A stretch of 64,000 nucleotides of DNA from an uncultured candidatus Porisulfidus sp. (GTDB lineage: Bacteria > Pseudomonadota > Gammaproteobacteria > Poriferisulfidales > Poriferisulfidaceae). How positions within the stretch are numbered: the first letter of the stretch is position 1; each line of letters opens with the position of its first letter. The position numbers and the translations under genes are program-made. The DNA lies in assembly GCA_965116025.1 (NCBI GenBank), contig OZ220480.1:1056001-1120000 (forward strand), given 5' to 3'. The notes under the pieces are model-generated. The model was given only the letters and a program-made list of their open reading frames with translations, was not told where the DNA came from and made no database searches. Below are positions 10,457 to 18,521 of this stretch, piece by piece.

Positions 10457-10531
10457 TGGTGGGCGATGCTGGGATCGAACCAGCGACCTCTGCCGTGTGA
10501 AGGCAGCGCTCTCCCTCTGAGCTAATCGCCC
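10457..10531 (-). tRNA. tRNA-Val (anticodon CAC)
   Basis: GGGCGATTAGCTCAG..., anticodon arm CTGCC-TTCACAC-GGCAG, GGTTCGATCCC, encoded CCA. Confidence 0.95.
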
Positions 10532-10666
10532 ATCCAAAACCGCAGTCTATCAGCAACCTGGGTTTTCCCCAACATCCGGGAGTCGCTCGTCGCGGCAGGC
10601 GCTGTAAAATTTCTTTCATACTGTGGGGTATACTCTCTATCGAACTGGATCGCATACGCACGGTTG

Positions 10667-11008
10667 ATGAGACATTCTCTGCTGCTGCTCGCGCTCGCTT
10701 GCGCCGGCTCTATGCCGCTCGCGCAGGCCGACAGTTCCATGGTCGAGGAAGGGCGGAAGCTCGCGTTCGACGTGAAGAAAGGGAATTGCCTATCCTGCCA
10801 CAACATTCCGGGTGGTGAGGCGCCGGGCAACATATCCGTGCCGCTGGTGGCGATGCAGACGCGTTTCCCGGACAAAGATGTGCTGCGCCAGAACGTCTGG
10901 GATCAGACGAAATTCCGTCCGCACGCCATGATGCCGCCATTCGGCAAGCACCAGATCCTGACGGAACGCGAGATCGACAAGATCGTCGAGTTTCTTTACA
11001 CCCTGTAG
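10667..11008 (+). CDS. soxX: SoxX c-type cytochrome
   Basis: Signal peptide, KGNCLSCH heme motif, MPPFG, sox context. Confidence 0.93.
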   Translation: MRHSLLLLALACAGSMPLAQADSSMVEEGRKLAFDVKKGNCLSCHNIPGGEAPGNISVPLVAMQTRFPDKDVLRQNVWDQTKFRPHAMMPPFGKHQILTEREIDKIVEFLYTL

Positions 11009-11024
11009 CCGAGAGGGAAGAATT

Positions 11025-11462
11025 ATGAATCGAAGAACTTTCATGACCGCGGGGCTGGGCCTCGGGACGTTGCTCGCGACGGGCGCCGTCCACGCCGTCT
11101 GGCCCGAGAAAGCGTTTGACGCGCGCGAGTCCGACGCGCTGATCGACATGCTGGCGAGCGGCGAGCCGGCCTCCAGCGACGCCATCACCATCACGGCTCC
11201 CGATATCGCGGAGAACGGCGCGGTGGTTCCGATCTCGGTTTCCACGACGCTTGAGGATGTCAGCCGGATCAGCATCTTGGTGGAGAGCAACCCGCTTCCC
11301 TTGACTTCCACGTACGATCTGGCGCCCAACTCGGTTCCGTACGTATCGACCCGCGTGAAGATGCTGAAGACGTCCAACGTCATCGCGTTGGTGGAAGCGG
11401 GAGGAAAGTCCTATTCCGGGGCGCGGGAAGTGAAAGTGACCATTGGCGGCTGCGGCGGCTGA
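11025..11462 (+). CDS. soxY: SoxY sulfur carrier
   Basis: Tat signal NRRTF, APDIAENGAVVP, C-terminal VKVTIGGCGG. Confidence 0.97.
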   Translation: MNRRTFMTAGLGLGTLLATGAVHAVWPEKAFDARESDALIDMLASGEPASSDAITITAPDIAENGAVVPISVSTTLEDVSRISILVESNPLPLTSTYDLAPNSVPYVSTRVKMLKTSNVIALVEAGGKSYSGAREVKVTIGGCGG

Positions 11463-11478
11463 ACGAGGAGACGAGACC

Positions 11479-11787
11479 ATGGCAGGAAGCATGCGCGCGC
11501 GCGCGAAGGAGAAAGGCGGCATCGTGACCGTCAAGGCCCTGATCACGCACCCGATGGAGACGGGATTGCGGAAGGATGGAAAGGGCGAGATCATTCCCGC
11601 GCATTTCATACAGGAAGTGAAGGCGACGGTCGGTGGAGAGTTGGTCTTCACCGCGAACTGGGGAACCGGCGTTGCCAAGAATCCCTATCTCTCGTTCAAG
11701 TACAAGGGATCGAAGGGCGATAAGCTGATCTTGGCTTGGAGCGACAACAAGGGCCAATCCGACTCGCTGGAAGTGGAAGTCAAATGA
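11479..11787 (+). CDS. soxZ: SoxZ
   Basis: HPMETGLRKD...IPAHFI, NPYLSF, WSDNKG; RBS GAGGAG. Confidence 0.96.
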   Translation: MAGSMRARAKEKGGIVTVKALITHPMETGLRKDGKGEIIPAHFIQEVKATVGGELVFTANWGTGVAKNPYLSFKYKGSKGDKLILAWSDNKGQSDSLEVEVK

Positions 11788-12632
11788 CGCTTCGAAAGAC
11801 CTTGGCGTGGTCGGCCTGCTTGGCTCTCACGGGACTGGCGTTCCATGTGAGCGCCGGTGGCGACGTGGACCCCGACAAGGACTTGGCGAGCATACAGAAA
11901 TTCTTCAAGGACAAATTCCCGGATCTCCCTTGGGAGGAATTCGCCAATGGCGCGTACGCGCTGGATCCGGCATGGCGCGCGAACTGGGAGCTGATTGAGG
12001 AGTTTCCCCCGTACGAGGTGGCCATCGCCAAGGGCGAGGAGATGTGGAACGCCCCGTTCGCCAATGGAAAATCCTACGCCGACTGCTTCGAAGGACCGGG
12101 CGTGCAGCACCATTACCCAATGTGGGACCGGGATCAAGGGCAGGTGGTCACGTTGGCTTTGGCGATCAACCAGTGCCGAGAGGCCAACGGAGAGGAGCCG
12201 CTGAAATACAAGAAAGGTCCGATCGTGGATCTCCTCGCGTACATGGCTTACGAATCGAGAGGACAGACCATAAACGTGGTGGTGCCCGAGGATGATCCCG
12301 GGGCCCGGCAGGCGTACGAGAAGGGGCGCGAGTTCTACTTCACGCGCCGCGGACAGCTGAACTTCTCTTGCGCGCACTGCCATTTCAGCATGGCGGGGCG
12401 CAAGTTGCGAACCGAATCCTTGAGCCCGGCGCTGGGCCAGGCGACCGGCTGGCCAGTATATCGTTCAAAGTGGGGGGCGATTGGAACCTTGCACCGGCGT
12501 TACAGCGGGTGCAACAAGCAGGTGCGGGCCAAGCCGTTCAAGGCCCAGGGCGAGGAGTACCGGAATCTGGAATACTTCCATACCCGCATGAGCAACGGCC
12601 TGCCTCTGAACGGGCCGGCCGCGCGGAAGTGA
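11784..12632 (+). CDS. soxA: SoxA monoheme cytochrome
   Basis: RRGQLNFSCAHCH, WPVYRSKW, RYSGC, LEYFH; a single CxxCH. Confidence 0.95.
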   Translation: MTLRKTLAWSACLALTGLAFHVSAGGDVDPDKDLASIQKFFKDKFPDLPWEEFANGAYALDPAWRANWELIEEFPPYEVAIAKGEEMWNAPFANGKSYADCFEGPGVQHHYPMWDRDQGQVVTLALAINQCREANGEEPLKYKKGPIVDLLAYMAYESRGQTINVVVPEDDPGARQAYEKGREFYFTRRGQLNFSCAHCHFSMAGRKLRTESLSPALGQATGWPVYRSKWGAIGTLHRRYSGCNKQVRAKPFKAQGEEYRNLEYFHTRMSNGLPLNGPAARK

Positions 12633-12952
12633 TGGCTCCCATGAGATTTTTCGCTCCCGCGCTCGCCGCTCTGACCTTGAGTTTGGTCGCGCCTGTGGCG
12701 TTGGCGACCGACCAGATGGACTTCGAGAAAGCCCATGAGGCCGCGGTGGCGGCCAAAAAGAAGGCGGCTTCCGTCGGTGGCGAATGGAGAGACACGGGCA
12801 AGATCCTGAAAAAAGCCAAGACCTTAGCTAAGTCCGGCGACTATGAGGCCGCGATAAAGCTGGCGCGCAAAGCCGAGCACCAAGGACATCAAGGCTACGA
12901 GCAGATGGTTTCCCAGGCCGGCAAGGTCGGGCCCGAACCCTTTTTGCAGTAA
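12632..12952 (+). CDS. soxK: SoxK (SoxAX-binding protein)
   Basis: Signal peptide plus AASVGGEWRDTGKILKKA; located between soxA and soxB; start 12632 or 12641. Confidence 0.8.
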   Translation: MAPMRFFAPALAALTLSLVAPVALATDQMDFEKAHEAAVAAKKKAASVGGEWRDTGKILKKAKTLAKSGDYEAAIKLARKAEHQGHQGYEQMVSQAGKVGPEPFLQ

Positions 12953-12964
12953 AACCGTTTCCTC

Positions 12965-14710
12965 ATGCAGCTGAGCCGGCGTGAATTTCTGTCGGTGATG
13001 GCGGCGGCTTCAGCGGCGGGAATGCTGCCGCGACATGGTTCGTGGGCCGCGGACTCCCTGTACGATCTTCCCGCGTTCGGGAACGTCCGGATTCTTCACT
13101 TCACCGATTGCCACGCGCAATTGTTGCCGGTCTATTTCCGCGAGCCGGACGCCAATTTGGGCTTGAGCGCCGCGCGGGGGCGGCCTCCCCATTTGGTGGG
13201 ACAGGCCTTTCTGGATCATTTCGGGTTGGTCATGGGAACTCCAGAAGCTCACGCCATGACCTATCTGGATTTTCCATCTTTGGCGGAAACTTACGGCAAG
13301 GTCGGGGGCTTCGCGCATCTGTCGATGCTGATCGCGCGCCTGAGAGAAGGCGCGGGCGCGGACCATACTTTGTTGCTAGACGGCGGTGACACTTGGCAAG
13401 GATCGGGCACGGCTTTGTGGAGTCGAGGGACGGACATGGTGGAGGCATGCAACCGTTTGGGCGTGGATATCATGACGGGACACTGGGAGTTCACGTACGG
13501 CGAAGAGACGCTACGCGCCAACTTGGCACGGTCGAGCGCGGAGTTCGTGGCTCAGAACGTCCGCCTGACGGAAGAGGCGGTTTTCGAAGAATTGCCGGCC
13601 TTTGATGAGGATACTGGCCACGCGTTCCGGCCTTATGCCCTGCGCGATGTTGGAGGGGTCCAGATCGCAGTGATCGGGCAGGCGTTTCCGTATACGCCGG
13701 TCGCGAACCCGAAGCGGTTCGTGCCGAATTGGAATTATGGCATTCAGGAGGCTCCGTTGCAGGCTCTGGTGGAGGATATCCGGACCCGCCACGATCCTGG
13801 CTTGATTTTCTTGCTCTCCCACAACGGTATGGACGTGGACTTGAAACTCGCGTCTCGGGTATCGGGGCTGGACGCTATTTTCGGCGGACATACCCACGAC
13901 GGGATTCCGGCGGCTATCGAAGTACGGAATCCAGGCGGAACGACGCTGGTGACCAACGCGGGGTCGAACGGAAAGTTTCTCGGAGTCATGGACATCCAGA
14001 TAAAACGAGGTCGCCCGTCCGGATTTCGCTATCGCCTGCTTCCGGTATTCTCTTCCATGTTGCCGCCGGATCCCGAAATGCGGTCTTGGATTGAGCGGAT
14101 GCGGGAGCCTTATCTGGAGGATCTGCGCGAGCCGCTTGCCGTGGCGGGGCAGACTCTGTACCGCAGGGGCAATTTCAACGGCACTTTCGACCAAGTCATC
14201 TGCGAGGCGCTGCTGGAGCGTTACGACGCTGAGATCGCCCTGTCGCCGGGCTTTCGGTGGGGAACGACGGTCTTGCCAGGCGAGACCATCACCATGGAGC
14301 ATGTGCTGGACCAGACGGCCATCACGTATCCAGAGACGTACATGAACGAAATGAGCGGAGAGCGAATCAAGATGATCTTGGAGGATGTGGCGGACAACCT
14401 GTTCAATCTGGATCCCTACCAGCAGCAGGGAGGGGATATGGTGCGCGTCGCCGGAATCGAGTACAGCTTGGATCCAACGGCGGAGATCGGGGACAGAATC
14501 CGGAATTTGCGCCTCCGCGATGGTGCCGAGCTGGACCCGGGACGCTCCTATAAGGTGACCGGCTGGGGAGTCGTCGGCTCGGTGGCGCCAGGGCCGCCCG
14601 TCTGGGAGATCGCGCGGGACTGGTTGCTATCGAAAAAGGAAATCGATCTCCCGGCGCTGAATAAGCCGCGCTTGCTGAACGTTCAAGACAACCCAGGACT
14701 TGGAACCTAA
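12965..14710 (+). CDS. soxB: SoxB thiosulfohydrolase
   Basis: Tat signal SRREFL, HFTDCHAQL, DGGDTWQG, GHWEFT, GGHTHD, YQQQGGDMVR. Confidence 0.97.
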   Translation: MQLSRREFLSVMAAASAAGMLPRHGSWAADSLYDLPAFGNVRILHFTDCHAQLLPVYFREPDANLGLSAARGRPPHLVGQAFLDHFGLVMGTPEAHAMTYLDFPSLAETYGKVGGFAHLSMLIARLREGAGADHTLLLDGGDTWQGSGTALWSRGTDMVEACNRLGVDIMTGHWEFTYGEETLRANLARSSAEFVAQNVRLTEEAVFEELPAFDEDTGHAFRPYALRDVGGVQIAVIGQAFPYTPVANPKRFVPNWNYGIQEAPLQALVEDIRTRHDPGLIFLLSHNGMDVDLKLASRVSGLDAIFGGHTHDGIPAAIEVRNPGGTTLVTNAGSNGKFLGVMDIQIKRGRPSGFRYRLLPVFSSMLPPDPEMRSWIERMREPYLEDLREPLAVAGQTLYRRGNFNGTFDQVICEALLERYDAEIALSPGFRWGTTVLPGETITMEHVLDQTAITYPETYMNEMSGERIKMILEDVADNLFNLDPYQQQGGDMVRVAGIEYSLDPTAEIGDRIRNLRLRDGAELDPGRSYKVTGWGVVGSVAPGPPVWEIARDWLLSKKEIDLPALNKPRLLNVQDNPGLGT

Positions 14711-14722
14711 CAGGAGGATCTC

Positions 14723-15190
14723 ATGAAACGATCGATCACAGGATTTCTTTCATTATTCTTGGCGATGCCGGCCATGGCGGACAGCACGGTATCCGTTAGC
14801 CTGATCACCGCCGATATCGCCAATCGGATCGTTAGCGAGGCCGCGCGGAGTTGCGGCGAGAAAGGCTACCAAGTCTCGGTCGTGGTCGCGTCGCGCGATG
14901 GCCGGGTCCAGGCGGTCTTGCGCCACGCGCTGGCTTCTCCGGTCACGCTCAAGATCGCCAAGAAAAAGGCGAAGACCTCGGCGAACACGCGCGAGCCGAG
15001 CGCGGACACCCCGAAACCCATGGCGCGTGGCAGCAGGAAGTTGACGCGCATGCGTGGGGGATTGCCGATCGAGGCGGGTGGAAAATTTTATGGCGGAGTC
15101 GGGGTCTCGGGCGCCGATGGAGAGACGGACGAGGCATGCGCGAAAGCTGGTCTTGACGCGGTGATCGACGATCTGGAGTTCGAGGAGTAG
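14723..15190 (+). CDS. GlcG/HbpS-family heme-binding protein, secreted
   Basis: Signal peptide, VSVVVASRDG, KKAKTS, GGLPI...GGVGVSGA...DEACA. Confidence 0.85.
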   Translation: MKRSITGFLSLFLAMPAMADSTVSVSLITADIANRIVSEAARSCGEKGYQVSVVVASRDGRVQAVLRHALASPVTLKIAKKKAKTSANTREPSADTPKPMARGSRKLTRMRGGLPIEAGGKFYGGVGVSGADGETDEACAKAGLDAVIDDLEFEE

Positions 15191-15198
15191 TTCGCGTC

Positions 15199-16233
15199 AT
15201 GCGTGGCCTGTCCGCTGTTTTTCTAGCTTGGGCGATGGCCTCGTCCATAGCTTGGGCCGAATCGAGGCCCGAGCTGGACTCGGACATGACGAATCCGGGG
15301 TACGTGCCTCACCCGGAGTGGTTCAAGCAATCGTTCCTGGACTTGAGCGAGGATATCGAGGAGGCTTCCGTGGAAGGCCGCCATCTGATGCTGTATTTCT
15401 ATCAAGATGGTTGCCCGTACTGCAAGATGTTCATCGAGAACGATCTGGGCCAGCACGATATCGCCGAGTACGCTCGTCAAAACTTCGATATCATCGCGAT
15501 CAACATCTTCGGCGCACTGGAAGTGATCGACGTGGACGGGGAAGCTTTGCCGGAACGGGAATACGCGATGAAAGTCAAGGTGATGTTCACCCCGACCTTG
15601 CTGGTTTTCGACGAGAATGGCTCGGTCGCGTTCCGCATGAATGGCTACTATCCTTCACCTAGACTTCGAGCGGTGATGCGCTTTATCGCCGAGCGGCGTT
15701 ATGCGGAGGAGCGGTTCGTCGAGTATTACAAAAATCAAGATAACCGGGCGGGAAGCGGAGAGTTGCACGTGGAGTCTTCGACGCTGTCCGGTCCGCCGTT
15801 CGATTTGACGACGCGCGACCGCGAGAAGCCTTTGCTGGTCATGTTCGAACAGAAAGAATGTCTGGCTTGCGACGAGCTGCACCAGGACATTCTTCGTAGA
15901 CCGGAAACGCGAGACATTCTAGAGCGGTTCGATATCGCGGTGGTGGACATTCGCGAGCGCGACGCGCTCACGACTCCTTCCGGGGAAAAGACGGATTCCC
16001 TGAGCTGGGCCGCGAAACTGGAAGTGAAGACGGTTCCCACGCAGGTGCTGTTCGACGCGCGGGGCGAGGAGGCGTTCCGCAATGAAGGGTACGCCAAAGC
16101 CTTTCACATGCAGTCGATCTTGGACTACGTGGCTTCAGGGGCATATGTGGAAAATCCAGATTTCCAACGCTACCTGCAAGCGCGTGCGGACCGGTTGCGC
16201 GAGGAAGGCGCCGAAGTGAATCTTATGGAGTAG
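15199..16233 (+). CDS. SoxW-like tandem thioredoxin-fold protein
   Basis: Two thioredoxin domains (CPYC...FTPT; CLAC...TVPT), signal peptide, sox context. Confidence 0.8.
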   Translation: MRGLSAVFLAWAMASSIAWAESRPELDSDMTNPGYVPHPEWFKQSFLDLSEDIEEASVEGRHLMLYFYQDGCPYCKMFIENDLGQHDIAEYARQNFDIIAINIFGALEVIDVDGEALPEREYAMKVKVMFTPTLLVFDENGSVAFRMNGYYPSPRLRAVMRFIAERRYAEERFVEYYKNQDNRAGSGELHVESSTLSGPPFDLTTRDREKPLLVMFEQKECLACDELHQDILRRPETRDILERFDIAVVDIRERDALTTPSGEKTDSLSWAAKLEVKTVPTQVLFDARGEEAFRNEGYAKAFHMQSILDYVASGAYVENPDFQRYLQARADRLREEGAEVNLME

Positions 16234-16419
16234 AAAGCGTTGATATTCATGTTTTTTATGGTTACGCGCGGTGCTGGGATATAGAGTAAGTTACAATGAC
16301 GCTTGAAGCCCTTGGCGGGCGTGGTCGAAGGGGTCATGCATGAAATCAATGCTCAGGCCCCTAAAGGTTTAGCCGCCGGGGATGGGTTCGAATCCATGCG
16401 CTGGGAGGATGGGAATCCA

Positions 16420-17406
16420 ATGTCGGTATCGCCCCGAAAGACGCAAGCAGCGCGCTTGTGGAAGACCGACCGTTCAGGCGGTCGCGCGAAACTGCGCGCT
16501 GTGGATTTGTTTTGCGGGTCTGGAGGGTTGAGCGCAGGGTTTTTGGCCGCGGGAGTTGAGGTCGTCGCGGCGTATGACAACTGGGATGCCGCGCTCTCGA
16601 CCTATAGGCGAAACATCGCGGATCATGCTTTCAACCTAGACCTTTCCGATGTCGAGGACTCGGCGAAAGAAATTTCCGGATTTCATCCTGATATCATCGC
16701 AGGGGGGCCTCCATGCCAAGATTTTTCCAGCGCGGGAAAGCGAAAGGAAAAGGAAAGAGCCAACCTCACGGTAGCCTTCGGGGAAATCATCGCGAGGTGC
16801 AGGCCAAGGTTTTTTCTTATGGAGAACGTCCCGCAAGCTCGCCTGAGTGCCTCTTACAGAATGATGAGGGAGTCTCTTGAAGCCGTTGGGTACAGAATCT
16901 TTGGGGTGGTTCTGGATGCCAGCCATTGCGGCGTTCCGCAAGCGAGGAAGAGATTTTTTTCTTTTGGATCCGCTGAGGAATCGGCCACCTCCTTGTTCGC
17001 TCGCTCGGTAGAAGGCAGGTTTGATGAGAAGAGCATGACCGTAAAGGAATATTTGGGTGATGATATAGACATCGATTTCTATTACAGGCATCCAAGGAAT
17101 TATTCAAGACGTTCCGTTTTTTCCGTGAACGAGCCTTCGCCCACTATCAGAGGAGTGAACAGGCCAGTTCCACCAAATTACCGAGGAAACCACCTGGACA
17201 GCGTTTCGCCGTCAACGGTCAGGCCGCTCACATCATGGGAGCGTAGTCGGATACAGACGTTCCCGAATTCATGGGATTGGAACGCTGGCGATAGAAACGC
17301 TGAGGTTGAACTCCAAATTGGGAACGCGGTTCCGGTGAATCTCGCTTCATTCGTTGCTACAGGAATACGTGACGCGGCGGAACGAGGGGGAGCGCTCTAT
17401 GTCTGA
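16420..17406 (+). CDS. DNA (cytosine-5) methyltransferase, no adjacent endonuclease
   Basis: DLFCGSGG, GGPPCQDFS, ENV, QARKR, RIQTFP, IGNAVP; start uncertain (16303-16420). Confidence 0.93.
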   Translation: MSVSPRKTQAARLWKTDRSGGRAKLRAVDLFCGSGGLSAGFLAAGVEVVAAYDNWDAALSTYRRNIADHAFNLDLSDVEDSAKEISGFHPDIIAGGPPCQDFSSAGKRKEKERANLTVAFGEIIARCRPRFFLMENVPQARLSASYRMMRESLEAVGYRIFGVVLDASHCGVPQARKRFFSFGSAEESATSLFARSVEGRFDEKSMTVKEYLGDDIDIDFYYRHPRNYSRRSVFSVNEPSPTIRGVNRPVPPNYRGNHLDSVSPSTVRPLTSWERSRIQTFPNSWDWNAGDRNAEVELQIGNAVPVNLASFVATGIRDAAERGGALYV

Positions 17407-18043
17407 TCGGGGTCCCACCGTTCTTTCCGCTTTTGGAGCTGATCACGCGGCGAGTCTCACGGGATTGTCCAAATTCCGTCTAGCGCGTTGGGACAAGCTG
17501 GGGTTTTTCCAGCCTGAGCACACGCCCGCGGATGATCGTGGCAACCCTTATGCCAGGGTCTATTCCTTTTCGGATCTCGTAAGTTTGCGGACGCTGAAGA
17601 TTCTCGCCGACCGCGAGAAGGTGCCGCTGAGCGAGTTGCGAAAGGTGGCAGTCCAGTTGAAGAAGCGGTCCATGCGACCTTGGGCCGAGATCCCTCTCGC
17701 CGTCGTCAAACGAAAGGTAGTCTTCGATCTCCCCGAGGAACCGCGGAACGTAACCGATGGCCAGCGCGTTCTCAAGGAAATTCGCATCGAGCCTATCGCT
17801 CGGGATATCCAGAAAAAAATGCGCCAACTAGGCGCGCGAGACGAATCCCAAATAGGAAAGACGAACAGGAGAAAATTCGTGCGTCATAATCAGGAAGTGA
17901 TCGCGGGAACCCGGATCCCGACGTTCGCCATCAAGAGCCTGATTCGGGCAGGGTATACGGACCGGGCGATCATCAAGGAATATCCTCTGATCACGGCACG
18001 CGACATCAAGACGATTCGAAGACATATGGATGCCGCCGCGTAG
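17399..18043 (+). CDS. MerR-like HTH plus DUF433 protein (probable antitoxin)
   Basis: N-terminal wHTH with RVYSFSDLVSLR; C-terminal VIAGTRIP...GYTDRAIIKEYP. Confidence 0.8.
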   Translation: MSDRGPTVLSAFGADHAASLTGLSKFRLARWDKLGFFQPEHTPADDRGNPYARVYSFSDLVSLRTLKILADREKVPLSELRKVAVQLKKRSMRPWAEIPLAVVKRKVVFDLPEEPRNVTDGQRVLKEIRIEPIARDIQKKMRQLGARDESQIGKTNRRKFVRHNQEVIAGTRIPTFAIKSLIRAGYTDRAIIKEYPLITARDIKTIRRHMDAAA

Positions 18044-18060
18044 CGCTTGGGAAGGTCCCG

Positions 18061-18441
18061 ATGAGATTCTTCGCGGACCACTGCGTGATGGAATCGGTGT
18101 GTCGCTTGCTGGAAAGGCGCGGGCATGAGGTGATTCGGCTGAAAGACAAGTTGCCGATTGATGCGCCAGATCCCGTCGTTGCCAGACTCTCCGAGGCGCA
18201 GGAGGCGATATTGCTGACCCTTGACAAAGACTTCAAGAAAATCGCTCCGCGCATACCAAAGAACGCGAAAAATCGTTTCAAGAAACTGAGTCGCGTTCAA
18301 CTCGAATGCCATCCAAATATGGAGAAGCGCGTGCTGGCCACCTTGGATCTCATCGAGTTTGAATGGGAGCAAGCGCAGAAGCGATCAGACAAACGCCTGC
18401 ACATGGTAATCCGCAAGGGCAGCATCACTACACACCGCTAA
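18061..18441 (+). CDS. DUF5615-type PIN-like protein (probable toxin)
   Basis: MRFFADHCV...GHEV...DAPD...ILLTLDKDF; downstream of the DUF433 gene. Confidence 0.82.
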   Translation: MRFFADHCVMESVCRLLERRGHEVIRLKDKLPIDAPDPVVARLSEAQEAILLTLDKDFKKIAPRIPKNAKNRFKKLSRVQLECHPNMEKRVLATLDLIEFEWEQAQKRSDKRLHMVIRKGSITTHR

Positions 18442-18521
18442 CCGGGAAGAACGTCAGTTGACCGCTATTACCGCATGGGATTGCTGGCCGACCGCAAAGG
18501 CGATGATCCTTTAGGGAACTA

